DNA of 64,000 nucleotides from Candidatus Dadabacteria bacterium (GCA_963805855.1 CAWDVW010000007.1:391457-455456); one strand, 5' to 3'; shown: positions 20,461 to 30,269, numbered from the stretch's first letter. The notes: generated from the sequence alone by a model not told the origin. Translations and numbers: made by a program.

Positions 20461-21120
20461 CTATCTAATAGTCAGTGTACCGGCAGTCACAACATTATTT
20501 GATTCGAGGATTCCCCTGACTTTAACTTTTGTACCAATATCTTCACAAAAACAGGGTTCATTCCTGCAACCCGTTATATTGGTTGTGGGGGTAATATTTA
20601 CTATTACGAAAACCTTCGGATTACTGTTTCGCGTTTGTACCTCAAGCGTTCCGGTATTAACATCACAATTATTCTCTATTACAGTACCGTTAAAGTTAGT
20701 GACAATCTGATTAATAAAAATCACATTCCCGTTTTCAATGTTTATCGTACCGAGTTCAAGTGTCGCACCTCTGTAAACATTGAGGAAAGTTGTGGCAAAA
20801 GACGGAGGGTCTAGCTGTTCTCTAAAGTCCAGTCTGGTGGATGACCCTGAAAAAAGGCCCTCAATTATAAAGAATCCCGAGCTAGGCAGAGTGTCGGATA
20901 AGTCGGGGTTGTTATTCACAACTACAAAAGTCCCTTCGACCGGGATACTATCGGGCACTATGCTGGTTACGTTTCCCTGAACGGTCTCAAAGCTGTCCCC
21001 TCCATCCCCTCCACCTCCACCTCCACCAAACTCAATATCACATCCCAATAAGGCAATAAGTGTTATGAATATAATATTGAGCATAACAATTTTAGGTAAA
21101 ATAGAATTTTGAAGACTCAT
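20461..21120 (-). CDS. Lipoprotein of unknown function with a Gly-rich linker (GGGGGGGDGGD) after the lipobox Cys
   Basis: Signal peptide with lipobox LLGC. Beta-strand-rich, Asn/Thr-rich body with conserved Cys pairs (CRNEPCFC). The true start is probably the internal M13 (MLNIIF...). Confidence 0.6.
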   Translation of the reverse strand: MSLQNSILPKIVMLNIIFITLIALLGCDIEFGGGGGGGDGGDSFETVQGNVTSIVPDSIPVEGTFVVVNNNPDLSDTLPSSGFFIIEGLFSGSSTRLDFREQLDPPSFATTFLNVYRGATLELGTINIENGNVIFINQIVTNFNGTVIENNCDVNTGTLEVQTRNSNPKVFVIVNITPTTNITGCRNEPCFCEDIGTKVKVRGILESNNVVTAGTLTIR

Positions 21121-21257
21121 ACAAATCCTCCGATTTCTCGTCTATTTCAGCAGATCCTTAATTATAACCTTGGTAAATGAATTTTCCATTATGTTCGAAA
21201 CTAATCTCATGGTAAATTGATACGGGTAATATCCTGCTGGGTTACTGATCCTATCAA

Positions 21258-22505
21258 ATGAACACATTGGCAAAGGTTCTCTTTATAAACCACTCGGTAA
21301 GAGATGGAGGCCCGGGAAGAAGCCTTTATTATATCCTAAAGTATATTGATAAAACAAAGGTAAGCCCATACGTACTGGTCCCGAAACATGACGTCTTTTC
21401 AGACCTCCTTAGGAATGTCGGCCTAGCCGACAACATAATAGTCGATCGCAGGTTCCCGGAAAACATACTGAGGCCGCGATTCGAAGAAGATAAGCAGTTC
21501 AGGGAAAACGATGGCTCAAGATTATATCCGGGAGCATTGAAATTCATATCTGTTGCTTTAAACGTAATTGACCTACTATCTCTCATATTAACTTCTCCGT
21601 TTTCAAAGACTTTCAGAGACGAAGATCTAATATACTGCAACGGAACATTGGCTAAGATAACAGGCTCACTTATTGGCCTATTAAACCGTCGGCAGGTTAT
21701 CTGGCATGTAAGAAATGTACAACAAACAAAAACACTCCTGGCTACTATCAACCTCCTGTCTTTACTGCCCGTGGTGAAAAGGATTATTTGTGTCTCAACC
21801 GCCGCAGCGAGCCAGTTTCGTTACAGCAAAGACAAGATAACGGTTATTCATAACGGTATTGACACCGAAGAGTACGACCCCCGAAGATCTGTCGGAACGT
21901 TACGGAGAGAATACGATATCAAGAAGGGTACAGTGATCGTGGGCAGTGTAGGAAGGATTGTTCCAAGGAAAGGTTATGAATTTCTGATCGAAGCTGCGAA
22001 TGCAGTTCGCAATGAGCTTGGCGATAAAAACCCCAGGGTTAAATTTGTTGTGGTTGGTGACACACCCCATTTCTTTCGAAATGATCATCTCTATTATATA
22101 AAAGGATTGGTCAGTCAATGCGGTCTGGAGGACTACTTCATATTTACAGGTTACAAAACTGACATACGGCCTTATCTAAAAGATTTCGACATTTTTGTTA
22201 TACCATCGAATTATCCAGACCCTTTTCCACGTACGGTGATAGAAGCAATGTCTTTTGCAATTCCAGTCGTGGGTTTCAGGGTAGGGGGGGTAGTAGAATC
22301 TGTCGCGAATCAAGAAACTGGCCTCTTGAGCGATCCTGGAAATACCGGGGACATGGGCAAAAATATTTCAGATCTCATTCTTGATAAAGCGCTCAGAAAA
22401 AAAATGGGCATCGCGGGCAGGAAAAGGGCAAGCGAGTTATTTTCCGCAGAAGAGAGGTCAAAGGAAATTGAAAAGAACATTCTTGATCTCTTAAAAACCA
22501 CATGA
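21258..22505 (+). CDS. Glycosyltransferase family 4 (GT-B fold)
   Basis: The C-terminal half shows a GT4-like pattern (..VGRIVPRKG.., E-x7-E-like FVIPS..E..PRTVIEAM). Confidence 0.75.
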   Translation: MNTLAKVLFINHSVRDGGPGRSLYYILKYIDKTKVSPYVLVPKHDVFSDLLRNVGLADNIIVDRRFPENILRPRFEEDKQFRENDGSRLYPGALKFISVALNVIDLLSLILTSPFSKTFRDEDLIYCNGTLAKITGSLIGLLNRRQVIWHVRNVQQTKTLLATINLLSLLPVVKRIICVSTAAASQFRYSKDKITVIHNGIDTEEYDPRRSVGTLRREYDIKKGTVIVGSVGRIVPRKGYEFLIEAANAVRNELGDKNPRVKFVVVGDTPHFFRNDHLYYIKGLVSQCGLEDYFIFTGYKTDIRPYLKDFDIFVIPSNYPDPFPRTVIEAMSFAIPVVGFRVGGVVESVANQETGLLSDPGNTGDMGKNISDLILDKALRKKMGIAGRKRASELFSAEERSKEIEKNILDLLKTT

Positions 22506-22523
22506 TTGATACTTAACCTATTA

Positions 22524-23891
22524 TTATCGAGCAATTTGTTTATATCTTTTTCTCCGCGCCCTGAATATGAATTTCACAGGTACACCCTCAAGTGGGAGCT
22601 CATCCCGAAATCGATTTTCCAGATATCTCACATAATTATCAGGCACTCCCTTGATGGAGTTTGTAAATATCACATAAGTGGGAGGATTGCTCATGGGCTG
22701 GGATATATAATAGAACTTGATCTCCTTGCCGCCATAATGAGGAGGAGGATTGATAGACGTGGTCTTGTTGAGTAGATTATTTAGCACCTTGGTGGTGAGC
22801 CGTCGGTATAGGTTGTCGTAAACCAGATCAACCTTTTCAAAAATTTTATTTACGTTTTTCCCGGTCAGTGCTGAAACTAGCATTACAGGCGCGAAGTTTG
22901 TCGCTCTCAGTTTGTCTCTCACAATGTCCTGTATCCCTGGTATTTCAGAAACGTCTCTTGGCACAAGATCCCATTTGTTTAGCAAAATTATACATCCCTT
23001 ACCCTTATCCTTTATTAGTTCCGAGAGTCTGGCATCTTGATGAGTGGGGCCGTCCTGTGGCTCTATCATGTGTAAAACTACGTCGGTTCTCTCTATCGAT
23101 TTTATCGCCCTCATCACACTGAATCTTTCCACCGAAGAAGTGATCTTCGACCTTCTTCTGATGCCCGCTGTATCAATAAAGATGTACTTCTTCCCCCTCC
23201 TATCTAGTATAGTATCCACCGAGTCCCTCGTGGTTCCAGGTAGAGGACTTGTCAGCAATCGCTCCTCTCCGATGATTCGATTTATAAGAGTCGATTTGCC
23301 AACATTAGGTTTTCCTATTACAGCGACCCGTATTTCTTGTTTATCGGCGATATCATCGCTCCTGTATTCAACGACAGCTGTCCTATCCAGAATTGCGTCC
23401 AAGAGCTCGTCTATTTTCCTGCCATGTGCCGCCGATATAGTCATAGGGTCATCAATTCCCAGTGAATGAAAATCGACTGCCCTGATTTCGTGTTTCTCAT
23501 CGTCTATTTTATTGATAACACTTATTACGTTCTTATCTGATTTCCTTAGCATATCTAAGATCTCTCTATCCTGGGGCATCACACCGGACTGACCATCGAG
23601 AAGGAAGATTATCAAGTCGGCTTCTTCAATGGCTATCCGAATTTGGCCCCTAGATAGGGAAAGGTGGAGATCGTCGGTTTCGGGTTCAAACCCTCCTGTA
23701 TCAACGAGCTCAAACTCCAGCCCCCTCCATTCCGCCGTTGCATAATTCCGATCTCTCGTAACACCAGGAATATCCTCGACTATTGCCTTTCTCCACCCGA
23801 TTAGCCTATTAAAAAGAGAGGATTTACCTACGTTGGGTCTTCCAACAATTGCGACAAGAGGCTTTGTTCTCGAAATGGAATTTTGGTTCAT
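22524..23891 (-). CDS. der: Ribosome-biogenesis GTPase Der (EngA), two G domains and a KH-like domain
   Basis: GRPNVGKSSLFN and GKPNVGKSTLIN P-loops in tandem. Confidence 0.93.
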   Translation of the reverse strand: MNQNSISRTKPLVAIVGRPNVGKSSLFNRLIGWRKAIVEDIPGVTRDRNYATAEWRGLEFELVDTGGFEPETDDLHLSLSRGQIRIAIEEADLIIFLLDGQSGVMPQDREILDMLRKSDKNVISVINKIDDEKHEIRAVDFHSLGIDDPMTISAAHGRKIDELLDAILDRTAVVEYRSDDIADKQEIRVAVIGKPNVGKSTLINRIIGEERLLTSPLPGTTRDSVDTILDRRGKKYIFIDTAGIRRRSKITSSVERFSVMRAIKSIERTDVVLHMIEPQDGPTHQDARLSELIKDKGKGCIILLNKWDLVPRDVSEIPGIQDIVRDKLRATNFAPVMLVSALTGKNVNKIFEKVDLVYDNLYRRLTTKVLNNLLNKTTSINPPPHYGGKEIKFYYISQPMSNPPTYVIFTNSIKGVPDNYVRYLENRFRDELPLEGVPVKFIFRARRKRYKQIAR

Positions 23892-23902
23892 GGCAAATAA
23901 AT

Positions 23903-24742
23903 TCAGAACCCGATCCTTATCTTCCCATTAGAGGCTATGAGGTCATAACCTTTATCCGCTTCAAACTCTGACCAGTGATAGGGTACGCCGTCAAAATGTA
24001 GAATATCGCCACCGGCTTCCTTCACAAATAGCACTCCGGCGGCAATATCCCAGAGAGAGATTCGCGTAGTAATGTAGCAATCCGAGCTTCCCATACCCAC
24101 GTAAGCGAGCTCGATTGCCGCCGAGCCAAGCTTACGGGCATCTTTAACATCCAGGAAAACCCGTTTAATTATGCTTAATACACGCTCTTTATCCGTTTCG
24201 CCCCCTTCACAATACAAAACATAGGCTCGCTCAAGCATATCATTTTTGGACACATTAACCATTCTTGATATGCGTCTGAAAAGATCATGGTGATATGCGC
24301 CTTTGTTCCTCATAGCCACAAATCTTTCAGCTAACATTGGGGCCTCAATAACCCCTAGCAATGGCTCGCCATTAACCCACAGGGAAATTGATATTGCGAA
24401 CAGAGGGTTGTGATTTGCAAAGTTGCCTGTCCCGTCTAAAGGGTCAATAATCCAGAGGTAGTCCTTTTGTCTCGCTGTAAATCCGCTTTCTTCGGTAAGA
24501 TAAGAATGGTCCGGAAAATTGTTCTCAATTGCTTCCCTGATAATTTTATCTGAAGTTTCATCTTGAATGGTCTTTAATTCCTTTACAGTCCCCCTTTCAA
24601 CGGGCTCCTCGCTCCTGTAAGATTCCAGGATCTTTCGTCCCGCCTTTTTTGCGATTGATATAGCTCCCCTTAAAAATCGTCCCTCGTTTTTCGAAATCCT
24701 TTTGTAAATCATATCTTCCATAATTCCCATTAGGTTTATCAT
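23903..24742 (-). CDS. Inositol monophosphatase family protein (SuhB-like)
   Basis: WIIDPLDGTGNF metal-binding motif and a WDIAAG motif. It sits immediately upstream of der in the same orientation. The start may be an internal Met. Confidence 0.85.
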   Translation of the reverse strand: MINLMGIMEDMIYKRISKNEGRFLRGAISIAKKAGRKILESYRSEEPVERGTVKELKTIQDETSDKIIREAIENNFPDHSYLTEESGFTARQKDYLWIIDPLDGTGNFANHNPLFAISISLWVNGEPLLGVIEAPMLAERFVAMRNKGAYHHDLFRRISRMVNVSKNDMLERAYVLYCEGGETDKERVLSIIKRVFLDVKDARKLGSAAIELAYVGMGSSDCYITTRISLWDIAAGVLFVKEAGGDILHFDGVPYHWSEFEADKGYDLIASNGKIRIGF

Positions 24743-24946
24743 ACATAAAATTACTACGATACTTAAGTAAGCTTTCGCCGAATATGCGGATTATACATTC
24801 CCAAATCGTCAGAAAATCTGGGCAAACCGAAATCAGGAATCAGCAGATGTCTGGCGGAAGAAATAGATTGGACCTTGAGTTTCAGTTATTGTTAATATGT
24901 TCTTAACTTCTCCTCAAATGATGAAGTGTAAGCGGAGGGATGTGAA

Positions 24947-25876
24947 ATGAGGTTGTCGTACGCCCTGGCTTGGGTACTGATTTCCTTTTTTATTTTCAGA
25001 AATGTAGCCGCTCAACAGGATTTCATTCAAGAATACATTATATCTGGTAAGACTATTGAAGTCGTTTTTGGTGCCTATGGGTTCACTAATTCCGAATGGA
25101 TCGGACGATGTGAGCCTGAAATAGCCAGTAAATTATGCGGCAAAACATACACCGGGAATTACAATAAAGAGCTGCGTACATGGGAATTCAGTAAGCTCGA
25201 TGAAGATACGGGAAACGTCGAAACATTCAGCTCCCAGGCATTAACAAAGGGTGATCCTGCTAACTACAGGATCTTAATTTGGGACGAGGAGTTTAGCTTC
25301 GACGAGAAGGGTAATGTCGTACACTCGGGCGACGGAAAAGTCGCCCACATTTCGCCCGGCGATCTTACGCCGATAGCCCATAGACCCGAGACGGATGAAA
25401 TCGGAAAAACAGATATTAGAAATTACAGACAGGAGGGAATTGATTTTCTCCAAGATTATGAATACCAGAAAGCAATAGAAAGTTTCGACAAGGCGTTAGA
25501 GGCAAACCCAATGGATAAGATTCTTTATTTTTACAGGGGTTACTCATATTTGAGATTAGAAGAATACGAAAAGGCGGTGGCAGACCTGGAAAAGGCGACA
25601 ATCCTGGATCAAACTAATGCAGATGCATTTAGCAGCCTTGCAGCTGCATATCTGGAGCTAAAGGAATATGAAGATGTGATAAGAACCGCTACAAAAGCCA
25701 TTATCCTTAACCCAAAGGACGCCGCTAGCTATTTCAATAGAGGTATCGCATATAATTTCACACATAAATTTGATAAGGCTTACAGTGACTTCAGCGAGGT
25801 CGTTAGCCTGGAACCCACGAATGATGACGCGATCGTAAATCGGGATTTGTTATTAAAAAAGGTTCAGAGCGAATAG
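24947..25876 (+). CDS. Secreted TPR-repeat protein
   Basis: Signal peptide (..FRNVAAQQ). The C-terminal half contains several 34-aa TPR units (AIESFDKALEANP..., AVADLEKATILDQ..., AYSDFSEVVSLEP...). Confidence 0.7.
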   Translation: MRLSYALAWVLISFFIFRNVAAQQDFIQEYIISGKTIEVVFGAYGFTNSEWIGRCEPEIASKLCGKTYTGNYNKELRTWEFSKLDEDTGNVETFSSQALTKGDPANYRILIWDEEFSFDEKGNVVHSGDGKVAHISPGDLTPIAHRPETDEIGKTDIRNYRQEGIDFLQDYEYQKAIESFDKALEANPMDKILYFYRGYSYLRLEEYEKAVADLEKATILDQTNADAFSSLAAAYLELKEYEDVIRTATKAIILNPKDAASYFNRGIAYNFTHKFDKAYSDFSEVVSLEPTNDDAIVNRDLLLKKVQSE

Positions 25877-26241
25877 ATGAATCCTGAAATATCGAGTTCC
25901 ACTCGGGTTTTGTCAACGTTTAAATGGTTTTGAAGATGCCGGGTATAAATCGAACTTCAACTAATACTTTACTGGTTAATTTTTAGATGAAAACTAAGAA
26001 TGGGATAAGATACTTATATTGGAATGCTAAGAAAAAGATTTAGCTTCTTGTACGAAATCTAGGAGGAATTTAATAAAGATTCTAATAGATTACATTACGT
26101 ATATTAATGCTTAATATTAGCGTGTGGGTATAATTATCCTGATTTATGAGACTTTAATGTCAAATATTAAAAGTTAAATAAATATGTTAATAGTGTTTAT
26201 CGAATATTAGGTCTCATTCTCCAGGCATAAGAAAATTCATT

Positions 26242-26934
26242 ATGTTAAAGGCAATACTCTTCGACTTTGATGGAATTATTGTTGATGCCGAACCCGTTCA
26301 CCTGACGGCTTTTCAGGAGGTCTTGGGCTTGAACGGTATTTTTCTCTCCGAAGAGGAGTACTACGAAAGATATTTAGCGCTGGATGACAGGACGCTGTTT
26401 TCAAATATTCTAGGGGATAGGAACATGAATTTTGATGACTCCACAATTGAGGATTTGATGGAAAAAAAATCCGAAACTTATGAAAAATTAATACGAGAGG
26501 ACATTAAAATATTCCCCGGGGTTGTTGATTTTGTAAATTCGGTATATAAAAAGTATCTTTTGGGTATTGGCTCTGGCGCCCTAAAGCATGAGATAGAATT
26601 TATACTAGATTATGTCGGGATAAAAGATAGATTTAGTGTGATCGTGAGTGCCGAAGATGTACAAAAATGCAAGCCTGATCCTGAGGTCTTCGTAAAAGCT
26701 CTTCTCAAGATGAATAAGAAACTTCGCCAAGGATCAAAGCCTATACACCCCTCTGAATGTTTAGTCATAGAGGATTCGTCTGCCGGCATCAGGGCCGCAA
26801 ACCTTGCCGGGATGAGCACACTCGCAATAACTAACTCGTATTCGGCCTGCAAACTTTCCGAGGCAAACCTGATCGCCGCTAGCTTGCTAGAAGTGGAGAT
26901 TGGGCACTTAGAAGAGCTATTTAAGATTCCATAG
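26242..26934 (+). CDS. HAD-superfamily hydrolase, beta-phosphoglucomutase-like subfamily IA
   Basis: LFDFDGIIVD (DxDG motif I) and a C-terminal EDSSAGIRAA motif IV. Confidence 0.8.
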   Translation: MLKAILFDFDGIIVDAEPVHLTAFQEVLGLNGIFLSEEEYYERYLALDDRTLFSNILGDRNMNFDDSTIEDLMEKKSETYEKLIREDIKIFPGVVDFVNSVYKKYLLGIGSGALKHEIEFILDYVGIKDRFSVIVSAEDVQKCKPDPEVFVKALLKMNKKLRQGSKPIHPSECLVIEDSSAGIRAANLAGMSTLAITNSYSACKLSEANLIAASLLEVEIGHLEELFKIP

Positions 26935-27025
26935 ATACAAAGCGTTAATCTTTGTAATAAAATGGGGGAGGTTGTAGACCAATCTTACTTTAAAATTTAA
27001 CTAATATTACAAGTATAATTAAGTA

Positions 27026-27787
27026 TTATACGTAACCCGATGATATTAAATTAATTATTTCTGTAAATTTAGAAACTGTGTGATTAGGATGGTATTTTTG
27101 ATCATAGATTTCTTCATCTTTTCTATTAATCCAAATAACATCCATTCCGACCGCTTTTGCACCTACAACATCCGCATAATAATTATCGCCGACATATAAG
27201 GCGTCGGCGGGGCCTAAATTTAGCAGCTCCAGGGCCTTCAAAAATATCTCAGGCCTCGGCTTTCTCCACCCTACTTCTACCGATATTACAACTCTTTCGA
27301 AGTACCTTCGTATATCAAATTTGTTTAGGAGCATGTAGGCTGCGGGAGCGTAGTCGAAATTTGAGATAATAGCCATCCTATCATTCTTGTCGAAAATAAG
27401 ATCTAATACATCTCTGTTCTTCTCTGGAAACTCCATTGTGCTTGAAAGGCTCTTCATATGCGCCTTAACCATCTCATCTACTACCGGGTCGGCATCTGAA
27501 CTTAATTCAATTCCTAAACTGCTCATCAGAATCTTGAACCTTTCCCCATTGTAAAATTCCTTATTGTCAATGGATTTTAGTTGTTGGAATGTTTCATAGC
27601 TTTCGATGAATGAAACATGAAATTTATCCCTATCGTATCCTTGATAGTATTTTTGAAACACCTTATATACCTCGGTAAATGTCGAATTATGTTTCTCACC
27701 GTCTATAGAAAACTCCGGGAGACGAGATCGATTAAAATCAATAAGGGTATCGAAAAGGTCAAAGACGAATACTTTATAATCCTTCAT
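27026..27787 (-). CDS. HAD-superfamily hydrolase
   Basis: FVFDLFDTLIDF motif I, ISNFD motif II and GDNYYADVVGA motif IV. Confidence 0.75.
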   Translation of the reverse strand: MKDYKVFVFDLFDTLIDFNRSRLPEFSIDGEKHNSTFTEVYKVFQKYYQGYDRDKFHVSFIESYETFQQLKSIDNKEFYNGERFKILMSSLGIELSSDADPVVDEMVKAHMKSLSSTMEFPEKNRDVLDLIFDKNDRMAIISNFDYAPAAYMLLNKFDIRRYFERVVISVEVGWRKPRPEIFLKALELLNLGPADALYVGDNYYADVVGAKAVGMDVIWINRKDEEIYDQKYHPNHTVSKFTEIINLISSGYV

Positions 27788-27832
27788 AGAAATATACGAA
27801 ATGTTTTATAAGAAAGGTTTGTTGGTGATGCT

Positions 27833-28276
27833 TTACTTAAATCCGTTGCCATTTGCCCTCTCGAGAACAACTTTAAGGATTTTATTATGTAACCCAAGAG
27901 GTGCGGTGACTCTGTATGAAACTTGCGGATGCTTTTTTGCGGCTTCTTTCACCATATTCGGTATATCCTGTGTTGAGTGTTTGCCCGGGAAGAGAAAATA
28001 GGGATGCACTATAATTTCGTCTGCGCCATCGGCTACGCATGCGTCGAAGGTCTGCGAGATTGTCGGCTCGGCGAGTTCCATGTGGGAGTAGCGCACTATT
28101 TCAAAGTCGCACTCATGGTCTTCTCTCAACATTTGTATGATTTGCACAAGCATATCATTTGCTTCATCCACAACACTGCCATGATCTACAATTATTAAAG
28201 CCCTTTTCTTTTTTTCCATTTCGATATTTGAACTAACACAGAATACGCGAGGAAGACTATATCCCTCATCATGCAT
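27833..28276 (-). CDS. cbiX: Sirohydrochlorin cobalto/ferrochelatase, small CbiX type
   Basis: ALIIVDHGS N-terminus and HPYFLFPGKH motif. 147 aa. Confidence 0.8.
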   Translation of the reverse strand: MHDEGYSLPRVFCVSSNIEMEKKKRALIIVDHGSVVDEANDMLVQIIQMLREDHECDFEIVRYSHMELAEPTISQTFDACVADGADEIIVHPYFLFPGKHSTQDIPNMVKEAAKKHPQVSYRVTAPLGLHNKILKVVLERANGNGFK

Positions 28277-28302
28277 GGTGCATCATGTATCCTGCATCCT
28301 TT

Positions 28303-29451
28303 TCATTCCCCGCCGGCATTTAATTTTATTGTTTCTATAAGAATCTCTGCGGCTCGATAAAATTCCTCTAACACAAGGTATTCATTGACGGTATGAAGCT
28401 CATACATTCCGGTACCCAGGTTAGCGCATTCGATACCCATTTGATTGAAAAAGTTGGCGTCGCAACCTCCACCGCTGGTATGGTAGTTTATCTTATGTCC
28501 AAGGTCCTTAACTGCCCTGTCAATTATCTTTACAATCCTCGAATCTTCAGGAACATCCATCTTGTCGTAACTTCTTTCAAAAACCTCCTCGACACTGGCA
28601 GCCTGATTCTGACTATCAAGAACTACCTCGTAGTTTGAGACCGCGTTTCTGATACATTCCATCATGTGATTTTTCTGGGCGACCAGTTTAGCTTCATTGT
28701 GGCTTCTGACCTCGCCTACGATTTTCACAAAATTGGGAACTATGTTTGTAGCGATACCACCCTTTATTACTCCGATATTAGCCGTGGTTTCGTGATCTAT
28801 TCTACCAAGCTTCATTTTAGATATTGACTCGCTTGCAATCTTTATAGCATTAATACCGTTTTCCGGACATAAACCTGCGTGAGCTTCGAGACCGTGTACG
28901 TGGAATTCCAGCCTCTCAGCAGACGGGCATCTGAGTACGAGGCGAGAAGGAGAGCTGCTGTCGAGAACTATTCCGTACCTCGAGGTGAATTTTGATATGT
29001 CCATATGCTTTGCGCCCAGAAGGCCTATTTCCTCGCATATAGTAAACGCGACCTCTATATCTCCATGCGGGATATCCCGCTGCCTCAGGGTCCGCAGCGC
29101 TTCGACTATTACGGCTATGCCGCTCTTATCATCGCTTCCGAGAACCGTAGTACCATCGCTCTTAATAAAACCATTATCAATTCTTGGTTTAATTCCCTCC
29201 CCCGGACCAACGGTATCCATATGGGCAGACAGGAAGAAAGGCTCGATATTTGCTTTATTCCCCTTAATCTTTACAATCAGGTTCCCCGTATTTCCATTAA
29301 CCTTATTGCCCGCGTCGTCGAAAAAGCACTCGGCGCCCAGGTCCTCCATGTCGTGTTTCAATTTTAGTGCAACTTCTCTTTCCTTCCGCGAAAGGCTATC
29401 GATCCTGATCAGATCCAGTACGTATTCGGTCATCCTTTCCTTCTCGATCAT
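28303..29451 (-). CDS. M20-family metallopeptidase (peptidase T / tripeptidase-like)
   Basis: HMDTV metal site, the DDKSGIA motif and an EEIG general-base motif typical of M20. 382 aa. Confidence 0.8.
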   Translation of the reverse strand: MIEKERMTEYVLDLIRIDSLSRKEREVALKLKHDMEDLGAECFFDDAGNKVNGNTGNLIVKIKGNKANIEPFFLSAHMDTVGPGEGIKPRIDNGFIKSDGTTVLGSDDKSGIAVIVEALRTLRQRDIPHGDIEVAFTICEEIGLLGAKHMDISKFTSRYGIVLDSSSPSRLVLRCPSAERLEFHVHGLEAHAGLCPENGINAIKIASESISKMKLGRIDHETTANIGVIKGGIATNIVPNFVKIVGEVRSHNEAKLVAQKNHMMECIRNAVSNYEVVLDSQNQAASVEEVFERSYDKMDVPEDSRIVKIIDRAVKDLGHKINYHTSGGGCDANFFNQMGIECANLGTGMYELHTVNEYLVLEEFYRAAEILIETIKLNAGGE

Positions 29452-29576
29452 TATTTCAGTACTACTCCACTTTTTATGGTTTTTATCAAATCAAGTATAA
29501 CTAATTATTATTTGTCGGTTAAATTCAAATGAATAACCCTTGGGTAGGTTATCAAAACATAAAAACGCCTGAACCG

Positions 29577-29632
29577 TCATTGCGAGAAACGTTGTGCTTC
29601 GAAGCAATATCCTTCGGCATTGGCAGAGCGTT
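29577..29632 (+). repeat. Element-1 repeat copy (GTCATTGCGAGAAACG..TGCTTCGAAGCA..CGAAGCAATATCC..CATTGGCAGAGCGTT)
   Basis: Member of a family of six or more copies. It contains the internal palindrome TGCTTCGAAGCA. Confidence 0.8.
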
Positions 29633-29819
29633 TGATTATCCATTCCATTATAGGATTAACCTAGCAGATTGCTTCGCCAGCCGTTCGCTGTGCTCCGGCT
29701 TAGGCTCGCAATTGTAAATGTTAGATATTTCGTGGACAAAATCCTAACAAGAATAAATTTCCTGGAAATCTGCTTATCCGTCATCCTCGAATGTTTTAAT
29801 CGGGGATCCATTGTTTAAT

Positions 29820-30038
29820 CTTTCATTTTCTTTGTCTTGATACAAAGAAACAAAAATCAAGGGCTTACAAAAAATTAGGAATTATTAAATCAATTCCTCC
29901 AGCTAAAAATATTTAATCCAACCACAACCCCAAATCTTTTTTTAACGCTGGAGGAATTGATTTTGGCAATTTTTTGAATGCCCGTTTAAGAACTAAGATA
30001 CTGTCCCCGAATTACGTAACATCTACAGCAATGACAGG
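29820..30038. repeat. Copy 1 of a ~220-310 bp mosaic intergenic repeat unit (hairpin CTTTGTCTTGATACAAAG; CAAGGGCTTACAAAAAAT; TTTTTAACGCTGGAGGAATTGATTTTGGCAATTTTTTGAATGCCCGTTTAA; ACATCTACAGCAATGACAGG)
   Basis: Same module order as 51525-51836 (219 versus 312 nt, the difference being indels between modules). It contains a 17-bp perfect inverted repeat, AAATCAATTCCTCCAGC at 29887-29903 versus GCTGGAGGAATTGATTT at 29947-29963. Confidence 0.75.
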
Positions 30039-30047
30039 AATATGGCG

Positions 30048-30100
30048 TGTCATCGGGAAAAGGAAACCACGAAGCAATCTCCTCCACCTCTGGCAGAGCA
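30048..30100 (+). repeat. Element-1 repeat copy (degenerate left arm)
   Basis: ..CGAAGCAATCTCCTCCACCTCTGGCAGAGCATT.., same orientation as copies at 29577 and 30133. Confidence 0.7.
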
Positions 30101-30132
30101 TTGTGTTTTAGTTGCGATTAAGGACTTTTTAC

Positions 30133-30200
30133 TGTCATTGCGAGAAATCCCGAGCCAGATCGAAGGGCACGAAGCAATCTCCTAAAACATTGGCAGAGCG
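30133..30200 (+). repeat. Element-1 repeat copy (TGTCATTGCGAGAAATC...CGAAGCAATCTCCTAAAACATTGGCAGAGCG)
   Basis: Best-conserved copy. Together with 29577 and 30048 it forms a same-orientation three-copy cluster in the 818-bp gap upstream of the fetAB 3' end. Confidence 0.8.
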
Positions 30201-30269
30201 TCGCACAACGTGTTTTCAATGTTAGGGGGTCAAGACAATCAACGAATTGGGCGTTTTCCCCACCGGCCA

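Noticed and set aside
22506-22775. 89-aa ORF on the plus strand overlapping the der 3' end
   Set aside because: It is entirely antisense to the well-supported der GTPase gene.
25877-26241. 365-bp AT-rich gap upstream of the HAD gene as a possible ncRNA
   Set aside because: It shows no repeat-module match, no convincing hairpins and only promoter-like AT richness. It is treated as an ordinary upstream regulatory region.
29529-29717. 62-aa ORF in the repeat-rich gap
   Set aside because: It is composed largely of the Element-1 repeat sequence; translating a repeat is not evidence of a gene.
29577-30200. CRISPR array (three similar repeats spaced at 50-470 bp)
   Set aside because: The repeats are only about 70-80 percent identical, differ in length and are irregularly spaced; no cas genes are present. 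They are better described as a dispersed or tandem MITE-like family.
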